Positions 21,692 to 32,462 of a DNA stretch of 64,000 nt are shown here, one piece after another. Every line of letters begins with the position of its first letter. Position 1 is the stretch's first letter. The stretch comes from an uncultured Actinomycetota bacterium (lineage in GTDB: Bacteria > Actinomycetota > Actinomycetes > JAHEKZ01): assembly GCA_963829525.1 (NCBI GenBank), contig CAWHIJ010000003.1, forward strand, positions 864,001-928,000, read 5' to 3'. Below the pieces are notes generated by a model. The model was not told the origin of the DNA. It ran no database searches and was given only the letters and a program-made list of their open reading frames with translations. The position numbers and the translations under genes are program-made.

Positions 21692-23295
21692 GCGGCATGG
21701 ACGCGGTCAAGGGCAGAGGAGCCATCGAGCTCGAGAACGGCGATATCTACAGCCATCACAACGCTGTTGAGACGATCCTCATTCAGTGGGGACTACCACT
21801 GGTTGCTGTCGGTCTTGCCTGGATGACAACAGGACTGAGCGGCGCCGATTTCACCAGGGTCATCGGCTGGTCTTCGATCGGCCTGATGGTTGCTACTTCC
21901 GCGGTGACCACCGTGTTGGCCGTCTACTCATGGCGACGGCGGATCTACATGGAGATCACCGACTGGTGGGACGGGATTGCTGCACTCGTACTTACGGCCG
22001 GCCTGATCGGGCTGGCTACCGCGACCGGCGGATACCAGAGCCCGGTCTGGTTCGTTCCTTTTGCGGCAGCTGCGTACATAGCGGCCGTCTTCGTCTACCA
22101 ACGCGGCTATCTCGCGCTGGCCTCTCTCTTGGCCATGGTGGTTGCGGCCGGTGTTGTCGCCGATGGCATGACTCAGTCTGACCTTGCCTACGGGCTCGCG
22201 ATTGCCTTGTCGATGTCGGTCACGTTCATGCTCGTCAAAGAGCTTGGTCGGGTGATGTACGACTTGATCTGGGAGACCGGGGAGCATCGGATCTCGCTCA
22301 TCCAAACCGTCTCTGGACTCCGCGAGGTGCTCTCGCGAACCGCCAAAGGTGACTTCACTCAGCTTGCCGAGGACTCCGCCGAGGACGAGACGGCGCTTGA
22401 GCTGCAGGAGAGCGTCAACGAGACCGTGCTGAGTCTTCGCTCGCTGGTGGAACAGGTTCGGCTGAGCGGCCGCCAACTCACGGAGGCCGCTGCGTCGATG
22501 GTGGGGGTCGCACAGCAGCAAGTGGCCGGTGCTGCTCAGCAGAACGGAACCGTCTCGGAGACGACGGCGACGATTGAGGAGTTGGCGGCGACGGCGGCTC
22601 AGATTGCTGAGACGGCTGGGTCGGTGGCTCGGGTTGCGGCTGAGACGTTGGCGTTGACTGATGAGGGTCGGGGTGCGGTGGCTGAGTCGGTTGAGGCGAT
22701 GGATCAGATTCGGTCGGTGGTGGATCAGATTGGGGTGTCGTCTGCGGGGTTGGGGGACAAGATCACGCAGGTGGGTCAGATTTTGTCGTTGATTGATGAG
22801 TTGTCTGAGCAGACGAATTTGTTGGCGTTGAATGCGGCGATTGAGGCGGCTCGTGCGGGTGAGCATGGGCGTGGGTTTGCGGTGGTGGCTGCTGAGGTGC
22901 GGAAGTTGGCGGAGCGGGCTCAGGAGTCGACGAGCCAGATTCAGGGGATTGTGACTGAGATTCAGGCGCATACGCGGTCGACGGTGTTGGCGTCTGAGGA
23001 GGGTGCTCGGGCTGCTGAGCGTGGGTCGGGTAAGGCTGCTGGTGCGGTGGTGGCGTTGGATCGGATTGCGGCGATGGTTGATGAGGCGACCGGTGCTGCT
23101 GAGGAGATCAGTATTGCGACGCAGCAGCAGCGGTCGGCGTCTGATCAGGTGGTGGTCGCGATGACCCAGGTCTCCGAAGTCTCCCGGCAAACGTCATCGG
23201 GTGCTGAGGCCGGCGTGACAGCGGCAGCTCAGCTCGACGTGCTGGCCACCGAACTCGGAGAGTCGATTGCAGCGTTCAGGACGGAGGAGCCATGA
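21688..23295 (+). CDS. Chemoreceptor 2 (six-TM sensor, divergent signalling domain)
   Basis: [35 protein letters not shown]; 4-nt overlaps with both neighbours. Confidence 0.95.
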   Translation: MSGMDAVKGRGAIELENGDIYSHHNAVETILIQWGLPLVAVGLAWMTTGLSGADFTRVIGWSSIGLMVATSAVTTVLAVYSWRRRIYMEITDWWDGIAALVLTAGLIGLATATGGYQSPVWFVPFAAAAYIAAVFVYQRGYLALASLLAMVVAAGVVADGMTQSDLAYGLAIALSMSVTFMLVKELGRVMYDLIWETGEHRISLIQTVSGLREVLSRTAKGDFTQLAEDSAEDETALELQESVNETVLSLRSLVEQVRLSGRQLTEAAASMVGVAQQQVAGAAQQNGTVSETTATIEELAATAAQIAETAGSVARVAAETLALTDEGRGAVAESVEAMDQIRSVVDQIGVSSAGLGDKITQVGQILSLIDELSEQTNLLALNAAIEAARAGEHGRGFAVVAAEVRKLAERAQESTSQIQGIVTEIQAHTRSTVLASEEGARAAERGSGKAAGAVVALDRIAAMVDEATGAAEEISIATQQQRSASDQVVVAMTQVSEVSRQTSSGAEAGVTAAAQLDVLATELGESIAAFRTEEP

Positions 23296-24884
23296 ACGAG
23301 AAGTTCAGTGGTCGCGACATGTTTGCGACGAGCTCGGTCCATCTTCTCCTGCTTGTGCTTGCGGTAAGTGCTTGGTTACTTGAAGGGCACTTCACTCCGG
23401 TTGTGCTGTTGGCGCCCGCTCTCAACCTGGTTGCCATCGTCTCAATCTGCGTAACGGCTCTGACAGCGACGGCCCTGTCCGTCCGGGCATGGCGCGGTCA
23501 GTTGGGGATCGACACCACCTCAGTTTGGGATCCAGTGACATGCCTTTTCCAACTGTCTGCCGCGCTGGTGATGTGTTACACGCTGGGGGGATTCAATGGA
23601 AGCGGCTGGGGGCTGGTACTGGTCCTGCTGCCGTATCTGGGCGTTGTCTTCTCAGACGTCCAATTGCGTGGGTTGGCCGTAGCTGTAGGGGTGGGCATTG
23701 CGAGCGCGGGTTGGCTGTCTCAGAGCTGGACTGCCGAGAACATTCCCACCGCCTTCATGGTGGTGGCGGTGGCTGTGCTGGGAACGTGGTTCACCGAGCA
23801 ATCAGCTACTTACCTCTTCAACATGCGGCGCCGAGCGCAGGCCCAACAGAACGAGCTTGAACTGCGAATCGCAACAATCTCTACTGCCCTTGGGGCCGCC
23901 GCTGCAGGTGACCTGACTGTGCATACTCCGAAAGAGTTGAGTATGGATGGCGGTGGTTCAGACCTGCAGGTCGACCAACTTGGCTCCTTGGCACGGTCGT
24001 TTGATCATACGTTGGAGTCGTTGCGGGGTTTGGTGTCTCGGGTGCGGGTGGGTGGGGAGCAGATTGGGGTGTCTGCTTCGCAGGTGTTGGTGGCTGCTCG
24101 GGAGCAGGCTGCTGCTGCGTCTGAGCAGTCGTCTGCTGTGGCGGAGACGTCGGCGACGATTGAGGAGTTGGCGGCGACGGCGGCTCAGATTGCTGAGACG
24201 GCTGAGCAGGTGGCGTTGTTTGCGTCGGAGACGTTGGGGTTTGCTGAGCAGGGTCGGGTGGCGGTGTCGGCGTCGGTGGCGTCGATGGATCAGATTTCTG
24301 TTCGGGTGGATCAGATTGCGTCGAGGGCGTTGGGGTTGGGGGAGAAGGGGCAGGAGATTGGTCGGATTTTGCAGGTGATTGATGAGTTGGCTGATCAGAC
24401 GAATTTGTTGGCGTTGAATGCGGCGATTGAGGCTGCTCGTGCGGGTGAGCATGGGCGTGGGTTTGCGGTGGTGGCTGCGGAGATTCGGAAGTTGGCGGAG
24501 CGGTCGCAGGAGTCTGCTGGTCAGATTCAGTCGATTGTGACGCAGATTCAGGCGGAGACGAACGCGACGATTTTGGCTTCTGAGGAGGGGTCGCGGGAGG
24601 TGCATCAGGGGTCTGCGTTGGCGCGGGATGTGGTGGGGGCGTTGGAGCGGATTTCGGGGATGGTTGATGAGACGACGACTGCTGCGAAGGAGATCAGTAT
24701 TGCGACGCAGCAGCAGCGTTCGGCGTCGGAGCAGGTGGTGTCGGCGATGGGTCAGGTTGCTGATGTGTCGCGGCAGTATGCGGTGGGGTCTAAGCAGGCG
24801 GCGGCTGCTGCTACGGAGCTGAACGTTCTCGCTGGTGACCTCCGCGCCTCCATCGCCCAATTCAAAACCGGCAACAACGCCTAG
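23292..24884 (+). CDS. Chemoreceptor 3
   Basis: Hydrophobic N-terminal domain followed by the same signalling domain as receptor 1. Confidence 0.95.
   Translation: MNEKFSGRDMFATSSVHLLLLVLAVSAWLLEGHFTPVVLLAPALNLVAIVSICVTALTATALSVRAWRGQLGIDTTSVWDPVTCLFQLSAALVMCYTLGGFNGSGWGLVLVLLPYLGVVFSDVQLRGLAVAVGVGIASAGWLSQSWTAENIPTAFMVVAVAVLGTWFTEQSATYLFNMRRRAQAQQNELELRIATISTALGAAAAGDLTVHTPKELSMDGGGSDLQVDQLGSLARSFDHTLESLRGLVSRVRVGGEQIGVSASQVLVAAREQAAAASEQSSAVAETSATIEELAATAAQIAETAEQVALFASETLGFAEQGRVAVSASVASMDQISVRVDQIASRALGLGEKGQEIGRILQVIDELADQTNLLALNAAIEAARAGEHGRGFAVVAAEIRKLAERSQESAGQIQSIVTQIQAETNATILASEEGSREVHQGSALARDVVGALERISGMVDETTTAAKEISIATQQQRSASEQVVSAMGQVADVSRQYAVGSKQAAAAATELNVLAGDLRASIAQFKTGNNA
23994..24869 (+). 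repeat. Chemoreceptor signalling cassette, copy 2
   Basis: Matches 25811-26686, including a 24 bp 5' extension that copy 1 lacks. Confidence 0.92.
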
Positions 24885-25015
24885 AGGTCCAGACCGACGT
24901 AGTCGGGTCCAGACTCCTCAGGACCGGGGCCATCCCCCATTTGGGCTACAGGACGCCTCCGGATCGACCGATGACCCATCCAGGACGGAACCGCCTGACT
25001 GCCGATGGAGGAGAC

Positions 25016-26755
25016 GTGAGCGCGAGCACTGCTGTGGGTGAAAACCCAGCGCTCGAGTCCGTTCTGGACTCCATCGACCGGACCAAGTCCGGCGGCGCCT
25101 CGCTGTTCTTCAACCGGCGCAACTGTTCGAGACCACCTGCCTCCATTTCGGGCTCATCGCCTTCAGCGTGGCGCTGGGGTTGGTGTTCTTCCGAGGTCAG
25201 GACGAGCCGGTCGCGTCACCGCTCTGGGCGGTATGGGGCGCTGGCCTAGTTGTTGCGTGTGTGGCCGCACTGCTCGCTGTTCGCGCCTTCCGTCAGTCAC
25301 CACACATACCTCCGCACAGACCGCTGGGACACAGTGACGGGGGTTGCCCAAGCCGTTGTGCTCTCCCTTGCCACAATCTGGACCGGTGGTGTGTCGAGTG
25401 CCCAATGGTTATCGATCGTGGTGCTATCGGCCTATCTCGGGACGGTGATGGTCTACCGGGCCGGATGGGCGATGGCTGGGCTCTTGGCGGTGCTACCCGC
25501 CGTGACTCAGTATGCGGCTGAAGAAGCGCTTCCTGACGCGAGCTCAGAGTCTGTGACGATGCTGCTGGCCCTCACGCTCGGGCTGCCGGCTGCCTTCCTC
25601 ATCGTGCGCGGCGTTAGCCGTTCGCTCTACGACACTGCGGAAGGAACCGGCTGGGACCAGGCGCAACTGGTCGACCAGGTGCGCCAACTCTCGGAGGCAC
25701 TGGCTTCGGCCTCGCAGGGGGACCTAACCACGCGCGTGGAACTGGTCCACCTCGATGACTCCGCTAACGAGTTCGGGCTTGAGCGGACTCAGTACATCGT
25801 GGCGCTTTCGCGGTCGTTTGATCATACGTTGGAGTCGTTGCGGGGTTTGGTGTCTCGGGTGCGGGTGGGTGGGGAGCAGATTGGGGTGTCTGCTTCGCAG
25901 GTGTTGGTGGCTGCTCGGGAGCAGGCTGCTGCTGCGTCTGAGCAGTCGTCTGCTGTGGCGGAGACGTCGGCGACGATTGAGGAGTTGGCGGCGACGGCGG
26001 CTCAGATTGCTGAGACGGCTGAGCAGGTGGCGTTGTTTGCGTCGGAGACGTTGGGGTTTGCTGAGCAGGGTCGGGTGGCGGTGTCGGCGTCGGTGGCGTC
26101 GATGGATCAGATTTCTGTTCGGGTGGATCAGATTGCGTCGAGGGCGTTGGGGTTGGGGGAGAAGGGGCAGGAGATTGGTCGGATTTTGCAGGTGATTGAT
26201 GAGTTGGCTGATCAGACGAATTTGTTGGCGTTGAATGCGGCGATTGAGGCTGCTCGTGCGGGTGAGCATGGGCGTGGGTTTGCGGTGGTGGCTGCGGAGA
26301 TTCGGAAGTTGGCGGAGCGGTCGCAGGAGTCTGCTGGTCAGATTCAGTCGATTGTGACGCAGATTCAGGCGGAGACGAACGCGACGATTTTGGCTTCTGA
26401 GGAGGGGTCGCGGGAGGTGCATCAGGGGTCTGCGTTGGCGCGGGATGTGGTGGGGGCGTTGGAGCGGATTTCGGGGATGGTTGATGAGACGACGACTGCT
26501 GCGAAGGAGATCAGTATTGCGACGCAGCAGCAGCGTTCGGCGTCGGAGCAGGTGGTGTCGGCGATGGGTCAGGTTGCTGATGTGTCGCGGCAGTATGCGG
26601 TGGGGTCTAAGCAGGCGGCGGCTGCTGCTACGGAGCTGAACGTTCTCGCTGGTGACCTCCGCGCCTCCATCGCCCAATTCAAAACCACCGACGGGGCAAC
26701 CCGGCGAACCCACGAAAGCACCCCAGAGACCGAACCGGAGCGGGTGGACGTATGA
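25016..26755 (+). CDS. Chemoreceptor 4 (two apparent indels in the sensor region)
   Basis: GGAGGAG RBS before GTG 25016. The sensor can be rebuilt across three frames (SLFFNRRN / [11 protein letters not shown]...VRAFRQ / TDRWDTV). Signalling domain as in receptors 1 and 3. Confidence 0.88.
25811..26738 (+). repeat. Chemoreceptor signalling cassette, copy 3 (mosaic of copies 1 and 2)
   Basis: 5' edge and SNP allele match copy 2; the 3' tail encoding [17 protein letters not shown] matches copy 1. Confidence 0.92.
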
Positions 26756-28959
26756 GTACCTGGGCCAATGACCCTGAGTTGGTCGCGACCTTTCGTCAGG
26801 AGGTAGAGGACCGCCTCGCCTCGCTCTGCGACGGGCTGCTAAAGCTCGAGGGCCACCCACAGCCACGCCAGCTCGTTGCTGCGATGTTCCGTGACGCGCA
26901 CACCGTCAAGGGTTCGGCACGGATGCTGGGTCTTGACGGTGTCGTGGATGCAGCCCATCGCGCAGAGGATCTCCTCGGCGCGATGCGGGACGGACGATTC
27001 GATCCCCGCCGTGATCTGGTTGACCTCCTCCTTGCAGCGGCCGAAGGCATCCGCCGGGGTCTGCCGGGTGCGGCACGGCCAATCTCCGATGACGACCTCA
27101 TCCGACTCAATGCCGCGTTGGACAGCGCTCTCGAAGGGCAGAACCCGGTCGATGTCCCGCGGTTCACTGTCTCTGACGATGAGGGAGACCTCGACGAGTC
27201 GAACCGTCCCAAGGCGGGTGAGTCAGTGCGCGTTCCTGTTCGACGTGTGCACGGCCTGCTCGATGTCGTTGGGGAGGCGGAGCTCGAGGCTCGGCGGGTT
27301 GAGCGTGGAGTTCTCGAACTCACCGGGCTCACATCTGAGCACGTTCGAATCGTACGAGTCATCCGGCAGCTAACAGCTACCGATGTGACGGTTCCTCCTG
27401 AGATCGCCGAGAGCCTGCACGGGCTCATCGCACTTGGTGACCAGTTTCAGGCTGTTGCACGAGAGATGCGCGGGTCCATGGAGGACGCCCAGAACCGACT
27501 CGCTCAAGTGCGCGACGGTGCGATGGGCTTGGCGATGGTGCCGGTACGTCGAGTCGTGGCAGCCTTCCCTCAGCTGGTACGCGAGGTGGCTGGATCCACG
27601 GGCAAGGATGTGCGGCTTCGCCTCATCGGTGAAGACATCGAGCTCGACACCCGTGTTCTCGACGGTGTCGCTGATGCGCTACGTCACCTGGTCACCAACG
27701 CTGTCGACCACGGCTGTGACTCTCCATCAGAGCGTCTTGCGGCAGGCAAGCCGGCCCAGGCAACGGTCACTGTCTCGGCAAGGGCTTCGGGCTCGACGAT
27801 CGTGATCGAGGTCTCCGATGACGGCTATGGCATCGACGAGGAGGCTCTGCGTCTGTCAGCCATCGAGCGTGGACTGCTGACCGCGGATACTCAGGTATCG
27901 GGCCAAGCGCTCTTCTCCGTTCTGTTCCAGCCAGGATTCAGCACACGTGACGAGGTGACATCGACGTCAGGACGCGGAGTCGGTTTGGACGTGGTGCGCA
28001 CCGCCGTCGAAGACCTCGGGGGAACAATCGAGATCGAGAGTGTGCTCGGTATCGGCACCAACTTCGTCATGACCCTGCCCGTCACACTTGGTGTGATGCG
28101 TTGTCTCGTTGCTCGGCTCGGCAACGAGCGGTATGCCGTCCCGGTCACCAACGTGGTCGAGACAATCAGCCTGGGCGATGTCGAGACTTCCACCGTGGCG
28201 GGTGCTCCGGTCCTCGTGCGACATGGATCGACGGTGCCTCTGGCAGACCTCGGACGTGCCCTTGGAGTGCCAGGAGAACGTGAGACCAAGGTTGGTGTCG
28301 TCGTTCGCTATGGCAGCGCGACTGAGCAGCTGGCGTGGGCAGTCGACGCGCTCGAAGGCGAGCTGGAGGTGGTCGTCAAGGATCTCGGCGGCTTCCTCGG
28401 GCGTCCGCCCTTCATCGGTGGAGGCACCATCGACAGCGATGGCAGCGTGATGCTGCTGCTCGACGTGCGTGAGATGGCTGTTGAGCAGTACACCCGCGGT
28501 ATCGCATTCGAGGCGCCCCCGTTCCCCAAGCAAGCGAGGGCACGCCCGCTGGGGCTGCGGCTGGTCGCACTCGGCTCGGAACCACGGGCAAGGCGCGTGT
28601 GCTGGTGGTGGAGGACTCAATCGGCGTCCGTGAGCTTCAGCGGGTCATCCTCGAGGGCGCTGGCTACGACGTCGTAACGGCTGTCGATGGCAGTGATGGT
28701 GCCGCCCGGCTGAATGGCGACCCGGTCGATCTGGTTCTGTCGGACGTCGAGATGCCAGGAATGGACGGCTTCACGCTCACCCGCACCATTCGGCGCACCC
28801 GCGGATGGGAGAGCCGTCCCAGTCGTGATCATGACCTCGAGGGGTGACGAGGCAGACAAGCGAGCCGGCCTCGACGCGGGCGCAAACGCCTACCTGCTCA
28901 AGAGCGAGTTCGACCAGACCCAGCTCGTCGATACCGTCCGGCGCCTTGTGGGGCGTTAG
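26752..28959 (+). CDS. cheA: CheA-receiver hybrid histidine kinase; indels near 28530-28600 and 28810
   Basis: Hpt [35 protein letters not shown] and [10 protein letters not shown], then a CheW domain. The receiver ([21 protein letters not shown]) is in shifted frames. Confidence 0.92.
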
Positions 28960-29041
28960 ACCAGGTCGAGACCTTGAGGGACGTTAAGTCGGTGGGACTT
29001 TCCGCCGAAGTCCTCGGGGAGTGAAATAGAGAGGACGCCAC

Positions 29042-30002
29042 ATGCCGACGGTGGTCATTGCCGACGACAGCCCGACCCTGCGCCGTATCGTCTCGACGGT
29101 TCTGGAGCGCGAGGGCTACACCGTCGTGCAGGGCGAGGACGGCGTCCAGGCGGTCCAGTTGGTCTTCCGGCATATGCCAGACGCGGTTGTGCTGGACGTC
29201 CAGATGCCCCGGGTTTCCGGGTACGTCGCTGCGCGGCTTCTGAAGGACGACTGGCGGACCGCTGATATCCCGATACTGCTGCTGACCTCTCTCGATGCCG
29301 CGAGCGACCGGTACTGGGGCGCCCAAGCCGGGGCTGACCGGTTCCTCACCAAGGACTTCGAGGCTCCCCAGCTCGTCGAGGCGGTGCACGAGGTGCTTAG
29401 CGCCGCCGACGCAGCCCGAGGCGGGCGGCCACCACTTCGACCCGACCCGGTGGACATGCAAGACGACGATGTGTTCGGCAGTGTCAGCGACCTTCTCGAC
29501 CGCAAGCTCTTCGAGTCGTCAATCGCTGCCGAGGTGACGCAGATCGCCTCCGGTGTCCACGGGTTCGAGGAGACGATCGCTGAGGTGCTCGACGTCTTGA
29601 GTCGCGTGGTCGACTACGACCTCGCCGTCAGTTCTCATGCTCGATGACCACTCGACCTACATCAGGGTTGCTCGCGAGACGTCGCAGCAGCAGTACGGCG
29701 AGTTCTTCGAGGGTTTGGCGGACGCCGCCTCGGACAGCACCGGGACCGACGTGGCCGTTGGAGACCTACAGGCCAGGGTCGCCGACCCCGAGAGTTTCCT
29801 CGGAGCCGAGGACGAGGGTGAGATGGCGACCTTCCTTTCCATGCCTTTGAAGGCTGGCGGCCGGATGGTCGGAGTGCTGGCCCTCTCCAGTGCCAGGGCC
29901 AACGCGTTCGGCGAGACCTCGCTGAACACGCTGCGACTGGTGAGCTCACCAGCCGGAATCGTGGTGGCGAACGCCCGTTACGCGGGAGCCCAGGCACACT
30001 GA
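29042..30002 (+). CDS. Response regulator: receiver plus GAF-like C-terminus; indel near 29630
   Basis: VVIADDS, LDVQMPRVSG and GADRFLTK receiver motifs; C-terminal FLSMPLKAGGRMVGVLALSS...AF...ANAR GAF pattern. Confidence 0.82.
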
Positions 30003-30028
30003 GTTCGCCGCCGGGTTAGAGTCGGCGG

Positions 30029-30534
30029 GTGTCCCCGACCCCTGACGAGTTTCGTGAGGCGGTCAGCCGTTTTGCCACAGGCATAACCGTCGTGACCTGC
30101 GTGGTGGACGGCTTTGACCACGCCATGACGGCGAATGCCTTTGCCTCGGTGTCGATCAACCCACTGCTCGTCATGGTGTGCGTTGAGCGTGACTCCCGCT
30201 TTCACGACGCGATCACGGCGAGCCAGACCTGGGGGGTATCGATTCTCGCCGCCGATGCTGAGCCGACGTCTCGGTGGTTTGCGACAAGGGGCCGGCCGCT
30301 GGCCGGCCAGCTCGAGCGCTCCGGTCACCACCGATCGCCTCGTTCGGGGGTGGCGTGGATCGACGGGGCGCTGGCATCGTTGGAGTGCAGTACCGCCGAG
30401 GTCCGCCGTGCAGGTGACCACGACATCGTGATCGGTGAGGTCGTCGAGCTGGAGATCGCCTCCAACGAGGCCGTTGCCCCGCTCCTCTACTTCCGGCGGA
30501 ACTACTGCTCGCTTTCCTCCGGAGATCCTCGTGA
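30029..30534 (+). CDS. Flavin reductase-like protein (3' end estimated, probable indel)
   Basis: FREAVSRFATGITVVT, AMTANAFASVS, AGDHDIVIGEV and PLLYFRRNY. Confidence 0.85.
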
Positions 30535-32367
30535 GCCCGGTCGATCCCCAGCAGACACTTCCTGCGCGCAGCCGTCGTCGTCGACTGCCGGCCGTTGCGG
30601 CCAGCTTCCTCGTTGCGGTTCTCGCCCTTGCCTACCTCGGCGCATTCACGTTTGTGGGTGGAGGCATCCCCCGAGGCACGATCTGTCGCCGGTGTGGAAA
30701 TCGGTGGAATGTCAGATGCCGATGCGGTCCGGACGCTGGAAACAGAGCTGGCCGACCGCGCCGCCACGGTGCGCATCGACCTCGATGGAATGGAGCGCGA
30801 ATACGCCGCCGAGAGGTTCGGGCTGGCCTTTGACGCAGCGGCCACGGTGGCAGCGGTCCCGCGCCGAGACGCGGCCCCACAGTCCCTCGTCAGCCAGCTC
30901 CGGGGTCAAGAGGTGGAACCCGTGGTGGAGGTCGACCAGCCTCGCCTCGGCCAGATGGTGCGCGCGATCGCACGCCGGGTGGACGATCCCGCGCGGCAGC
31001 CCCGTATCGAGTACGACGGGCTGTCGGTCGTAGTCATCGACCCCCGCTCCGGCAGCGAGCTCGATCGTCAGCAGGCGGAGGTGGACATCGCCGCTCGCTA
31101 CCTCGCTCAGCGATGACCCGATCGAGCTCTCCGTCGAACCGGTGATGCCCTATCGTCTCTGAAGAAGAGGTCGCAGTTGTTGCTGACACCGAAGCGCAGG
31201 AGGCGATCTCTGATGCGTTGACCCTGACCATCGGGGGTGAGGACATCTCGGTGACCCCTGAGCAGATCGCCTCCGTGCTCTCGTTCCGCGCCCGTGAGGA
31301 CGGTATGCAGGCCACCGTCGACGCCGAACTGCTCCGCGAGCTCATCGCCGGACCTTTGGCGGAGGTCGGTACCCCCGCTCAGGATGCGACGTTCGATGTC
31401 TCGTCCGGGACGCCGCGGGTCATTCCCGCCAAGTCCGGGCGTGGTGTCGACGACGAGACGTTGGCGGCGGGCGTGGTCGATGCTTTGGCGATCCGAGGAC
31501 CGATCGGCGACGTTCCAGCTCGAACGTGTCGAGCCTGATCTCACCACCGCCCAGGCAAAAGAGCTGGGGGTCACCGAGGTGGTGTCGACGTTCACCCAGG
31601 AGTTCCCGTATGCCGCTTACCGCGTCACGAACATCGGTGTTGCCTCCGAGAAGATCAACGGCACGGTGCTGCGGCCAGGCGAGACCTTCAGCCTCAACGG
31701 TGTCGTGGGCGAGCGGACGCCAGAGAATGGCTTCGTTAAGGGCTACGTCATTCTGGGCGGCAGGTTGGTCGAGGACTACGGAGGTGCAGTCTCGACCATC
31801 ACGACTGCCATGTGGCACACGGCGTTCTTCGCGGGCATGACCCGGATCGAGCAGCGGGCTCACAGCTACTGGATCGATCGGTACGTGGCGGGCTTGGAAG
31901 CCACGGTCTCGTGGGGGTCACTCGATCTGAAGTTCCGCAACGACACCCCCTACGGGGTCTACATCACATCGTCGGTCACAGACACCTCCGTGACGACGAC
32001 GATCTGGAGCACGGAGTACTGGAACATCGACGCAGAGTTCGGCCCTCGGGTGAACTTCCGCTCGCCGAGCACGGTCTACGACAGCGCCGAGGGCTGCGTC
32101 GCCCAGTACGGCGTCGACGGGTTCGACATAACGGTGACTCGGGTGTGGTCGCGCGAGGGCAGTGTCGAGCGCCGCGAGCGGCTGCTCACCTCATACGACG
32201 CGGCCCCGACCGTGATCTGCAGTCCGGAGCCGGAGCCGAAGTCGAAACCGTCCGACAAGCCAACTGACGGCCCGTCCGACAAGCCGGGCGGCGGCCCGTC
32301 CGACAAGCCGGGCGGCGGCGGGTCCGACAAGCCGGGCGGCGGCGGGTCGAACGGCGGCGGGGGATAG
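30531..32367 (+). CDS. VanW-family cell-surface protein; several indels
   Basis: TM anchor, then RVTNI...INGTVLRPGETFSLN, GGAVS and HSYWIDRY..GLEATV...DLKFRND VanW motifs. Confidence 0.82.
32248..32364 (+). repeat. Tandem SDKP(G)n coding repeat in the VanW tail
   Basis: Four GTCCGACAAGCC cores at 24-27 bp spacing. Confidence 0.8.
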
Positions 32368-32462
32368 GGAGCGCCTTCGAAAGTGGGCCAAAGGTGGCGT
32401 TCGACCGCCACCTCAGCCCACGATGACCACGTCACCTGGTCATCGTGCCGGCGGTTAGTCTC

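Noticed and set aside
20768-26738. Repeats as IS elements, a CRISPR array or a diversity-generating retroelement template/variable pair
   Set aside because: They are in-frame coding domains, with no terminal inverted repeats, transposase, spacers, reverse transcriptase or adenine-specific variation between copies.
20696-26866. Long His/Arg/Leu-rich minus-strand ORFs and Trp/Arg-rich plus-strand ORFs over the receptor genes
   Set aside because: Shadow frames produced by the G/T-skewed codon usage and the repeats; no independent coding signals.
32248-32364. 24-27 bp tandem repeats as a mini-CRISPR
   Set aside because: A coding low-complexity SDKPGGG tail with no unique spacers and no cas genes.
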